Part shown: positions 26,931-40,099 of the stretch, in pieces
Layout: every line of letters begins with the position of its first letter
Position numbering within the stretch: the stretch's first letter is position 1
From: Auanema rhodensis
Lineage: Eukaryota > Animalia > Nematoda
Assembly (NCBI GenBank): GCA_964057225.1
Contig: OZ059895.1
Coordinates: forward strand, 21,142,001-21,206,000
Length of the DNA stretch: 64,000 nucleotides
Direction of reading: 5' to 3'
Made by a program: the position numbers and the translations under genes
Notes under the pieces: model-generated
Database searches by the model: none
The model's input: only the letters and a program-made list of their open reading frames with translations
Told to the model about the DNA's origin: nothing

Positions 26931-28299
26931 TGTGCACTTGGTATGTAACTCGCTTCACGTCAAAGATAAAGAGATGCGGTTTTCAAAATTAGATTCCCCA
27001 TGTCCATATTAGTCTAAAAACAAATTTTTATTAATATTGGTGCTTGGTAACCACGACTTTGAAATTTACGTGAACTTTAATTTATGCTAATTAAGTGAAC
27101 ACATGATGTGCACTTGGTATGTAACTCGCTTCACGTGAAAGATAAAGAGATGTGGTTTTCAAAATAGATTTCCCATGTCCATATTAGTCTAAACACGAAT
27201 TTTTATTGATATTGATGCATGGTAACCATGACTTTGAAATTTACGTGAACTTTAATTTATGCTTATTAAGTGAACACATGATGTGCACTTGGTATGTAAC
27301 TCGCTTCACGTGAAAGATAAAGGGATGCGGTTTTCAAAATTAGATTCCCCATTTCCATATTAGTCTAAAAACAATATTTTATTGATATTGGTGCATGGCA
27401 ACCATGACTTTAAAATTTACGTGAACTTTAATTTATGCTAATTGAGTGTACACATGATGTGCACTTGGTATGTAACTCGCTTCACGTCAAAGATAAAGAG
27501 ATGCGGTTTTCAAAATTAGATTCCCCATGTCCATATTAGTCTAAAAACAAATTTTTATTAATATTGGTGCATGGTAACCATGACTTTGAAATTTACGTGA
27601 ACTTTAATTTATGCTAATTAAGTGTACACATGATGTGCACTTGGTATGTAACTCGCTTCACGTCAAAGATAAAGAGATGCGGTTTTCAAAATTAGATTCC
27701 CCATGTCCATATTAGTCTAAAAACAAATTTTTATTAATATTGGTGCATGGTAACCATGACTTTGAAATTTACGTGAACTTTAATTTATGCTAATTGAGTG
27801 TACACGTGATGTGCACTTGGTATGTAACTCGCTTCACGTGAAAGATAAAGGGATGCGGTTTTCAAAATTAGATTCCCCATGTCCATATTAGTCTAAAAAC
27901 AAATTTTTATTAATATTGGTGCATGGTAACCATGACTTTGAAATTTACGTGAACTTTAATTTATGCTAATTAAGTGTACACATGATGTGCGCTTGGTATG
28001 TAACTCGCTTCACGTCAAAGATAAAGAGATGCGGTTTTCAAAATTAGATTCCCCATTTCCATATTAGTCTAAAAACAATATTTTATTGATATTGGTGCAT
28101 GGCAACCATGACTTTAAAATTTACGTGAACTTTAATTTATGCTAATTAAGTGTACACATGATGTGCACTTGGTATGTAACTCGCTTCACGTCAAAGATAA
28201 AGAGATGCGGTTTTCAAAATTAGATTCCCCATGTCCATATTAGTCTAAAAACAAATTTTTATTAATATTGGTGCATGGTAACCATGACTTTGAAATTTA

Positions 28300-31200
28300 C
28301 GTGAACTTTAATTTATGCTAATTAAGTGTACACATGATGTGCGCTTGGTATGTAACTCGCTTCACGTGAAAGATAAAGAGATGCGGTTTTCAAAATTAGA
28401 TTCCTCATGTCCATACTAGTCTAAAAACGAATTTTTATTGATATTGATGCATGGTAACCATGACTTTGAAATTTACGTGAACTTTAATTTATGTTTATTA
28501 AGTGTACACGTGATGTGCACTTGGTATGTAACTTGCTTCACGTGAAAGATAAAGGGATGCGGTTTTCAAAATTAGATTCCCCATGTCCATATTAGTCTAA
28601 AAACAAATTTTTGTTGATATTGGTGGATGGTAACCATGACTTTGTAATTTACGTGAACTTTAATTTATGCTAATTAAGTGTACACGTGATGTGCACTTGG
28701 TATGTAACTCGCTTCACGTGAAAGATAAAGAGATGCGGTTTTCAAAATTAGATTCCTCATGTCCATATTAGTCTAAAAACGAATTTTTATTGATATTGAT
28801 GCATGGCAACCATGACTTTAAAATTTACGTGAACTTTAATTTATGCTAATTAAGTGTACACATGATGTGCACTTGGTATGTAACTCGCTTCACGTCAAAG
28901 ATAAAGAGATGCGGTTTTCAAAATTAGATTCCCCATGTCCATATTAGTCTAAAAACAAATTTTTATTAATATTGGTGCATGGTAACCATGACTTTGAAAT
29001 TTACGTGAACTTTAATTTATGCTAATTAAGTGTACACATGATGTGCGCTTGGTATGTAACTCGCTTCACGTGAAAGATAAAGAGATGCGGTTTTCAAAAT
29101 TAGATTCCTCATGTCCATACTAGTCTAAAAACGAATTTTTATTGATATTGATGCATGGTAACCATGACTTTGAAATTTACGTGAACTTTAATTTATGCTT
29201 ATTAAGTGTACACGTGATGTGCACTTGGTATGTAACTTGCTTCACGTGAAAGATAAAGGGATGCGGTTTTCAAAATTAGATTCCCCATGTCCATATTAGT
29301 CTAAAAACAAATTTTTGTTGATATTGGTGTATGGTAACCATGACTTTGTAATTTACGTGAACTTTAATTTATGCTAATTAAGTGTACACGTGATGTGCAC
29401 TTGGTATGTAACTCGCTTCACGTGAAAGATAAAGAGATGCGGTTTTCAAAATTAGATTCCTCATGTCCATATTAGTCTAAAAACGAATTTTTATTGATAT
29501 TGATGCATGGTAACCATGACTTTGAAATTTACGTGAACTTTAATTTATGCTTATTAAGTGTACACATGATGTGCGCTTGGTATGTAACTCGCTTCACGTG
29601 AAAGATAAAGAGATGCGGTTTTCAAAATTAGATTGCTCATGTCCATACTAGTCTAAAAACGATTTTTTATTGATATTGATGCATGGTAACCATGACTTTG
29701 AAATTTACGTGAACTTTAATTTATGCTTATTAAGTGTACACGTGATGTGCACTTGGTATGTAACTCGCTTCACGTGAAAGATAAAGAGATGCGGTTTTCA
29801 AAATTAGATTCCCCATGTCCATATTAGTCTAAAAACAAATTTTTATTAATATTGGTGCATGGTAACCATGACTTTGAAATTTACGTGAACTTTAATTTAT
29901 GCTAATTAAGTGTACACGTGATGTGCACTTGGTATGTAACTCGCTTCACGTGAAAGATAAAGAGATGCGGTTTTCAAAATTAGATTCCTCATGTCCATAT
30001 TAGTCTAAAAACGAATTTTTATTGATATTGATGCATGGTAACCATGACTTTGAAATTTACGTGAACTTTAATTTATGCTTATTAAGTGTACACATGATGT
30101 GCGCTTGGTATGTAACTCGCTTCACGTGAAAGATAAAAAGATGCGGTTTTCAAAATTAGATTCCCCATTTCCATATTAGTCTAAAAACAATATTTTATTG
30201 ATATTGGTGCATGGCAACCATGACTTTAAAATTTACGTGAACTTTAATTTATGCTAATTAAGTGTACACATATTGTGCACTTGGTATGTAACTCGCTTCA
30301 CGTCAAAGATAAAGAGATGCGGTTTTCAAAATTAGATTCCCCATGTCCATATTAGTCTAAAAACGAATTTTTATTGATATTGATGCATGGTAACCATGAC
30401 TTTGAAATTTACGTGAACTTTAATTTATGCTTATTAAGTGTACACGTGATGTGCACTTGGTATGTAACTTGCTTCACGTGAAAGATAAAGGGATGCGGTT
30501 TTCAAAATTAGATTCCACATGTCCATATTAGTCTAAAAACAAATTTTTGTTGATATTGGTGGATGGTAACCATGACTTTGTAATTTACGTGAACTTTAAT
30601 TTATGCTATTTAAGTGTACACGTGATGTGCACTTGGTATGTAACTCGCTTCACGTGAAAGATAAAGAGATGCGGTTTTCAAAATTAGATTCCTCATGTCC
30701 ATATCAGTCTAAAAACGAATTTTTATTGATATTGATGCATGGTAACCATGACTTTGAAATTTACGTGAACTTTAATTTATGCTAATTAAGTGTACACGTG
30801 ATGTGCACTCGGTATGTAACTCGCTTCAAGTGAAATATGAAGAGATGCGGTTTTCAAAATTAGATTCCCCATGTCCATATTAGTCTAAAAACAAATTTTT
30901 ATTGATATTGGTGCTTGGTAACCATGACTTTGAAATTTACGTGAACTTTAATTTATGCTTATTAAGTGTACACGTGATGTGCACTTGGTATGTAACTCGC
31001 TTCACGTGAAAGATAAAGGGATTCGGTTTTCAAAATTAGATTCCCCATGTCCATATTAGTCTAAAAACAAATTTTTATTAATATTGGTGCATGGTAACCA
31101 TGACTTTGAAATTTACGTGAACTTTAATTTATGCTAATTAAGTGTACACATGATGTGCGCTTGGTATGTAACTCGCTTCACGTGAAAGATAAAGAGATGC

Positions 31201-34200
31201 GGTTTTCAAAATTAGATTCCCCATTTCCATATTAGTCTAAAAACAATATTTTATTGATATTGGTGCATGGCAACCATGACTTTAAAATTTACGTGAACTT
31301 TAATTTATGCTAATTAAGTGTACACATGATGTGCACTTGGTATGTAACTCGCTTCACGTCAAAGATAAAGAGATGCGGTTTTCAAAATTAGATTCCCCAT
31401 GTCCATATTAGTCTAAAAACAAATTTTTATTAATATTGGTGCATGGTAACCATGACTTTGAAATTTACGTGAACTTTAATTTATGCTAATTAAGTGTACA
31501 CATGATGTGCGCTTGGTATGTAACTCGCTTCACGTGAAAGATAAAGAGATGCGGTTTTCAAAATTAGATTCCTCATGTCCATACTAGTCTAAAAACGAAT
31601 TTTTATTGATATTGGTGGATGGTAACCATGACTTTGTAATTTACGTGAACTTTAATTTATGCTAATTAAGTGTACACGTGATGTGCACTTGGTATGTAAC
31701 TCGCTTCACGTGAAAGATAAAGAGATGCGGTTTTCAAAATTAGATTCCTCATGTCCATATTAGTCTAAAAACGAATTTTCATTGATATTGATGCATGGTA
31801 ACCATGACTTTGAAATTTACGTGAACTTTAATTTATGCTTATTAAGTGTACACATGATGTGCGCTTGGTATGTAACTCGCTTCACGTGAAAGATAAAGAG
31901 ATGCGGTTTTCAAAATTAGATTCCTCATGTCCATATTAGTCTAAAAACGAATTTTTATTGATATTGATGCATGGTAACCATGACTTTGAAATTTACGTGA
32001 ACTTTAATTTATGCTTATTAAGTGTACACGTGATGTGCACTTGGTATGTAACTTGCTTCACGTGAAAGATAAAGGGATGCGGTTTTCAAAATTAGATTCC
32101 CCATGTCCATATTAGTCTAAAAACAAATTTTTGTTGATATTGGTGGATGGTAACCATGACTTTGAAATTTACGTGAACTTTAATTTATGCTAATTAAGTG
32201 TACACGTGATGTGCACTCGGTATGTAACTCGCTTCACGTGAAATATGAAGAGATGCGGTTTTCAAAATTAGATTCCCCATGTCCATATTAGTCTAAAAAC
32301 AAATTTTTATTAATATTGGTGCTTGGTAACCATGACTTTGAAATTTACGTGAACTTTAATTTATGCTAATTAAGTGAACACATGATGTGCACTTGGTATG
32401 TAACTCGCTTCACGTGAAAGATAGAGAGATGCGGTTTTCAAAATAGATTCCCCATGTCCATATTAGTCTAAAAACGAATTTTTATTGATATTGATTCATG
32501 GTAACCATGACTTTGAAAATTACGTGAACTTTAATTTATGCTAATTAAGTGAACACATGATGTGCACTTGGTATGTAACTCGCTTCACGTGAAAGATAAA
32601 GGGATGCGGTTTTCAAAAGTAGATTCCCCATGTCCATATTAGTCTAAAAACAAATTTTTATTAATATTGGTGCATGGTAACCATGACTTTGAAATTTACG
32701 TGAACTTTAATTTATGCTAATTAAGTGTACACATGATGTGCGCTTGGTATGTAACTCGCTTCACGTGAAAGATAAAGAGATGCGGTTTTCAAAATTAGAT
32801 TCCCCATTTCCATATTAGTCTAAAAACAATATTTTATTGATATTGGTGCATGGCAACCATGACTTTAAAATTTACGTGAACTTTAATTTATGCTAATTAA
32901 GTGTACACATGTTGTGCACTTGGTATGTAACTCGCTTCACGTCAAAGATAAAGAGATGCGGTTTTCAAAATTAGATTCCCCATGTCCATATTAGTCTAAA
33001 AACGAATTTTTATTGATATTGATGCATGGTAACCATGACTTTGAAATTTACGTGAACTTTAATTTATGCTTATTAAGTGTACACGTGATGTGCACTTGGT
33101 ATGTAACTTGCTTCACGTGAAAGATAAAGGGATGCGGTTTTCAAAATTAGATTCCACATGTCCATATTAGTCTAAAAACAAATTTTTGTTGATATTGGTG
33201 GATGGTAACCATGACTTTGTAATTTACGTGAACTTTAATTTATGCTAATTAAGTGTACACGTGATGTGCACTTGGTATGTAACTCGCTTCACGTGAAAGA
33301 TAAAGAGATGCGGTTTTCAAAATTAGATTCCTCATGTCCATATCAGTCTAAAAACGAATTTTTATTGATATTGATGCATGGTAACCATGACTTTGAAATT
33401 TACGTGAACTTTAATTTATGCTTATTAAGTGTACACGTGATGTGCACTTGGTATGTAACTTGCTTCACGTGAAAGATAAAGGGATGCGGTTTTCAAAATT
33501 AGATTCCCCATGTCCATATTAGTCTAAAAACAAATTTTTGTTGATATTGGTGGATGGTAACCATGACTTTGAAATTTACGTGAACTTTAATTTATGCTAA
33601 TTAAGTGTACACATGATGTGCGCTTGGTATGTAACTCGCTTCACGTGAAAGATAAAGAGATGCGGTTTTCAAAATTAGATTCCTCATGTCCATACTAGTC
33701 TAAAAACGAATTTTTATTGATATTGATGCATGGTAACCATGACTTTGAAATTTACGTGAACTTTAATTTATGTTTATTAAGTGTACACGTGATGTGCACT
33801 TGGTATGTAACTTGCTTCACGTGAAAGATAAAGGGATGCGGTTTTCAAAATTAGATTCCCCATGTCCATATTAGTCTAAAAACAAATTTTTGTTGATATT
33901 GGTGGTTGGTAACCATGACTTTGTAATTTACGTGAACTTTAATTTATGCTAATTAAGTGTACACGTGATGTGCACTTGGTATGTAACTCGCTTCACGTGA
34001 AAGATAAAGAGATGCGGTTTTCAAAATTAGATTCCTCATGTCCATATTAGTCTAAAAACGAATTTTTATTGATATTGATGCATGGCAACCATGACTTTAA
34101 AATTTACGTGAACTTTAATTTATGCTAATTAAGTGTACACATGATGTGCACTTGGTATGTAACTCGCTTCACGTCAAAGATAAAGAGATGCGGTTTTCAA

Positions 34201-37200
34201 AATTAGATTCCCCATGTCCATATTAGTCTAAAAACAAATTTTTATTAATATTGGTGCATGGTAACCATGACTTTGAAATTTACGTGAACTTTAATTTATG
34301 CTAATTAAGTGTACACATGATGTGCGCTTGGTATGTAACTCGCTTCACGTGAAAGATAAAGAGATGCGGTTTTCAAAATTAGATTCCTCATGTCCATACT
34401 AGTCTAAAAACGAATTTTTATTGATATTGATGCATGGTAACCATGACTTTGAAATTTACGTGAACTTTAATTTATGCTTATTAAGTGTACACGTGATGTG
34501 CACTTGGTATGTAACTTGCTTCACGTGAAAGATAAAGGGATGCGGTTTTCAAAATTAGATTCCCCATGTCCATATTAGTCTAAAAACAAATTTTTGTTGA
34601 TATTGGTGTATGGTAACCATGACTTTGTAATTTACGTGAACTTTAATTTATGCTAATTAAGTGTACACGTGATGTGCACTTGGTATGTAACTCGCTTCAC
34701 GTGAAAGATAAAGAGATGCGGTTTTCAAAATTAGATTCCTCATGTCCATATTAGTCTAAAAACGAATTTTTATTGATATTGATGCATGGTAACCATGACT
34801 TTGAAATTTACGTGAACTTTAATTTATGCTTATTAAGTGTACACATGATGTGCGCTTGGTATGTAACTCGCTTCACGTGAAAGATAAAGAGATGCGGTTT
34901 TCAAAATTAGATTGCTCATGTCCATACTAGTCTAAAAACGATTTTTTATTGATATTGATGCATGGTAACCATGACTTTGAAATTTACGTGAACTTTAATT
35001 TATGCTTATTAAGTGTACACGTGATGTGCACTTGGTATGTAACTCGCTTCACGTGAAAGATAAAGAGATGCGGTTTTCAAAATTAGATTCCCCATGTCCA
35101 TATTAGTCTAAAAACAAATTTTTATTAATATTGGTGCATGGTAACCATGACTTTGAAATTTACGTGAACTTTAATTTATGCTAATTAAGTGTACACGTGA
35201 TGTGCACTTGGTATGTAACTCGCTTCACGTGAAAGATAAAGAGATGCGGTTTTCAAAATTAGATTCCTCATGTCCATATTAGTCTAAAAACGAATTTTTA
35301 TTGATATTGATGCATGGTAACCATGACTTTGAAATTTACGTGAACTTTAATTTATGCTTATTAAGTGTACACATGATGTGCGCTTGGTATGTAACTCGCT
35401 TCACGTGAAAGATAAAGAGATGCGGTTTTCAAAATTAGATTCCCCATTTCCATATTAGTCTAAAAACAATATTTTATTGATATTGGTGCATGGCAACCAT
35501 GACTTTAAAATTTACGTGAACTTTAATTTATGCTAATTAAGTGTACACATATTGTGCACTTGGTATGTAACTCGCTTCACGTCAAAGATAAAGAGATGCG
35601 GTTTTCAAAATTAGATTCCCCATGTCCATATTAGTCTAAAAACGAATTTTTATTGATATTGATGCATGGTAACCATGACTTTGAAATTTACGTGAACTTT
35701 AATTTATGCTTATTAAGTGTACACGTGATGTGCACTTGGTATGTAACTTGCTTCACGTGAAAGATAAAGGGATGCGGTTTTCAAAATTAGATTCCACATG
35801 TCCATATTAGTCTAAAAACAAATTTTTGTTGATATTGGTGCTTGGTAACCATGACTTTGAAATTTACGTGAACTTTAATTTATGCTTATTAAGTGTACAC
35901 GTGATGTGCACTTGGTATGTAACTCGCTTCACGTGAAAGATAAAGGGATTCGGTTTTCAAAATTAGATTCCCCATGTCCATATTAGTCTAAAAACAAATT
36001 TTTATTAATATTGGTGCATGGTAACCATGACTTTGAAATTTACGTGAACTTTAATTTATGCTAATTAAGTGTACACATGATGTGCGCTTGGTATGTAACT
36101 CGCTTCACGTGAAAGATAAAGAGATGCGGTTTTCAAAATTAGATTCCCCATTTCCATATTAGTCTAAAAACAATATTTTATTGATATTGGTGCATGGCAA
36201 CCATGACTTTAAAATTTACGTGAACTTTAATTTATGCTAATTAAGTGTACACATGATGTGCACTTGGTATGTAACTCGCTTCACGTCAAAGATAAAGAGA
36301 TGCGGTTTTCAAAATTAGATTCCCCATGTCCATATTAGTCTAAAAACAAATTTTTATTAATATTGGTGCATGGTAACCATGACTTTGAAATTTACGTGAA
36401 CTTTAATTTATGCTAATTAAGTGTACACATGATGTGCGCTTGGTATGTAACTCGCTTCACGTGAAAGATAAAGAGATGCGGTTTTCAAAATTAGATTCCT
36501 CATGTCCATACTAGTCTAAAAACGAATTTTTATTGATATTGGTGGATGGTAACCATGACTTTGTAATTTACGTGAACTTTAATTTATGCTAATTAAGTGT
36601 ACACGTGATGTGCACTTGGTATGTAACTCGCTTCACGTGAAAGATAAAGAGATGCGGTTTTCAAAATTAGATTCCTCATGTCCATATTAGTCTAAAAACG
36701 AATTTTCATTGATATTGATGCATGGTAACCATGACTTTGAAATTTACGTGAACTTTAATTTATGCTTATTAAGTGTACACATGATGTGCGCTTGGTATGT
36801 AACTCGCTTCACGTGAAAGATAAAGAGATGCGGTTTTCAAAATTAGATTCCTCATGTCCATATTAGTCTAAAAACGAATTTTTATTGATATTGATGCATG
36901 GTAACCATGACTTTGAAATTTACGTGAACTTTAATTTATGCTTATTAAGTGTACACGTGATGTGCACTTGGTATGTAACTTGCTTCACGTGAAAGATAAA
37001 GGGATGCGGTTTTCAAAATTAGATTCCCCATGTCCATATTAGTCTAAAAACAAATTTTTGTTGATATTGGTGGATGGTAACCATGACTTTGAAATTTACG
37101 TGAACTTTAATTTATGCTAATTAAGTGTACACGTGATGTGCACTCGGTATGTAACTCGCTTCACGTGAAATATGAAGAGATGCGGTTTTCAAAATTAGAT

Positions 37201-38200
37201 TCCCCATGTCCATATTAGTCTAAAAACAAATTTTTATTAATATTGGTGCTTGGTAACCATGACTTTGAAATTTACGTGAACTTTAATTTATGCTAATTAA
37301 GTGAACACATGATGTGCACTTGGTATGTAACTCGCTTCACGTGAAAGATAGAGAGATGCGGTTTTCAAAATAGATTCCCCATGTCCATATTAGTCTAAAA
37401 ACGAATTTTTATTGATATTGATTCATGGTAACCATGACTTTGAAAATTACGTGAACTTTAATTTATGCTAATTAAGTGAACACATGATGTGCACTTGGTA
37501 TGTAACTCGCTTCACGTGAAAGATAAAGGGATGCGGTTTTCAAAAGTAGATTCCCCATGTCCATATTAGTCTAAAAACAAATTTTTATTAATATTGGTGC
37601 ATGGTAACCATGACTTTGAAATTTACGTGAACTTTAATTTATGCTAATTAAGTGTACACATGATGTGCGCTTGGTATGTAACTCGCTTCACGTGAAAGAT
37701 AAAGAGATGCGGTTTTCAAAATTAGATTCCCCATTTCCATATTAGTCTAAAAACAATATTTTATTGATATTGGTGCATGGCAACCATGACTTTAAAATTT
37801 ACGTGAACTTTAATTTATGCTAATTAAGTGTACACATATTGTGCACTTGGTATGTAACTCGCTTCACGTCAAAGATAAAGAGATGCGGTTTTCAAAATTA
37901 GATTCCCCATGTCCATATTAGTCTAAAAACGAATTTTTATTGATATTGATGCATGGTAACCATGACTTTGAAATTTACGTGAACTTTAATTTATGCTTAT
38001 TAAGTGTACACGTGATGTGCACTTGGTATGTAACTTGCTTCACGTGAAAGATAAAGGGATGCGGTTTTCAAAATTAGATTCCACATGTCCATATTAGTCT
38101 AAAAACAAATTTTTGTTGATATTGGTGGATGGTAACCATGACTTTGTAATTTACGTGAACTTTAATTTATGCTAATTAAGTGAACACATGATGTGCACTT
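28300..38200 (+). repeat. 30-monomer (5279-bp) duplication; the second copy lacks two monomers
   Basis: ATGTTTATT at 28491/33770, TATTGGTGTA at 29322/34601 and GATTGCTC at 29631/34910 are all 5279 bp apart. The offset becomes 4927 after ~35840. Confidence 0.85.
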
Positions 38201-40099
38201 GGTATGTAACTCGCTTCACGTGAAAGATAAAGGGATGCGGTTTTCAAAATTAGATTCCCCATGTCCATATTAGTCTAAAAACAAATTTTTATTAATATTG
38301 GTGCATGGTAACCATGACTTTGAAATTTACGTGAACTTTAATTTATGCTAATTAAGTGTACACATGATGTGCGCTTGGTATGTAACTCGCTTCACGTCAA
38401 AGATAAAGAGATGCGGTTTTCAAAATTAGATTCCCCATGTCCATATTAGTCTAAAAACAAATTTTTATTAATATTGGTGCATGGTAACCATGACTTTGTA
38501 ATTTACGTGAACTTTAATTTATGCTAATTAAGTGAACACATGATGTGCACTTGGTATGTAACTCGCTTCACGTGAAAGATAAAGGGATGCGGTTTTCAAA
38601 ATTAGATTCCCCATGTCCATATTAGTCTAAAAACAAATTTTTGTTGATATTGGTGGATGGTAACCATGACTTTGTAATTTACGTGAACTTTAATTTATGC
38701 TAATTAAGTGAACACATGATGTGCACTTGGTATGTAACTCGCTTCACGTGAAAGATAAAGAGATGCGGTTTTCAAAATTAGATTCCCCATTTCCATATTA
38801 GTCTAAAAACAATATTTTATTGATATTGGTGCATGGCAACCATGACTTTAAAATTTACGTGAACTTTAATTTATGCTAATTAAGTGTACACATGTTGTGC
38901 ACTTGGTATGTAACTCGCTTCACGTCAAAGATAAAGAGATGCGGTTTTCAAAATTAGATTCCCCATGTCCATATTAGTCTAAAAACGAATTTTTATTGAT
39001 ATTGATGCATGGTAACCATGACTTTGAAATTTACGTGAACTTTAATTTATGCTTATTAAGTGTACACGTGATGTGCACTTGGTATGTAACTTGCTTCACG
39101 TGAAAGATAAAGGGATGCGGTTTTCAAAATTAGATTCCACATGTCCATATTAGTCTAAAAACAAATTTTTGTTGATATTGGTGGATGGTAACCATGACTT
39201 TGTAATTTACGTGAACTTTAATTTATGCTAATTAAGTGAACACATGATGTGCACTTGGTATGTAACTCGCTTCACGTGAAAGATAAAGGGATGCGGTTTT
39301 CAAAATTAGATTCCCCATGTCCATATTAGTCTAAAAACAAATTTTTATTAATATTGGTGCATGGTAACCATGACTTTGAAATTTACGTGAACTTTAATTT
39401 ATGCTAATTAAGTGTACACATGATGTGCGCTTGGTATGTAACTCGCTTCACGTGAAAGATAAAGAGATGCGGTTTTCAAAATTAGATTCCCCATTTCCAT
39501 ATTAGTCTAAAAACAATATTTTATTGATATTGGTGCATGGCAACCATGACTTTAAAATTTACGTGAACTTTAATTTATGCTAATTAAGTGTACACATGAT
39601 GTGCACTTGGTATGTAACTCGCTTCACGTCAAAGATAAAGAGATGCGGTTTTCAAAATTAGATTCCCCATGTCCATATTAGTCTAAAAACGAATTTTTAT
39701 TGATATTGATTCATGGTAACCATGACTTTGAAAATTACGTGAACTTTAATTTATGCTAATTAAGTGAACACATGATGTGCACTTGGTATGTAACTCGCTT
39801 CACGTGAAAGATAAAGGGATGCGGTTTTCAAAAGTAGATTCCCCATGTCCATATTAGTCTAAAAACAAATTTTTATTAATATTGGTGCATGGTAACCATG
39901 ACTTTGAAATTTACGTGAACTTTAATTTATGCTAATTAAGTGTACACATGATGTGCGCTTGGTATGTAACTCGCTTCACGTGAAAGATAAAGAGATGCGG
40001 TTTTCAAAATTAGATTCCCCATTTCCATATTAGTCTAAAAACAATATTTTATTGATATTGGTGCATGGCAACCATGACTTTAAAATTTACGTGAACTTT

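Larger units (their letters stand above)
15000..27300 (+). repeat. Satellite sub-domain B (more heterogeneous, transitional)
   Basis: The GTGCAAGATAGAG, ATGACCAT and 9-T tract variants are confined here. 175-bp AAAATAG monomers first appear in the forward array at ~16.43 kb. The last TCTAGA is at ~25.96 kb. Confidence 0.65.
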
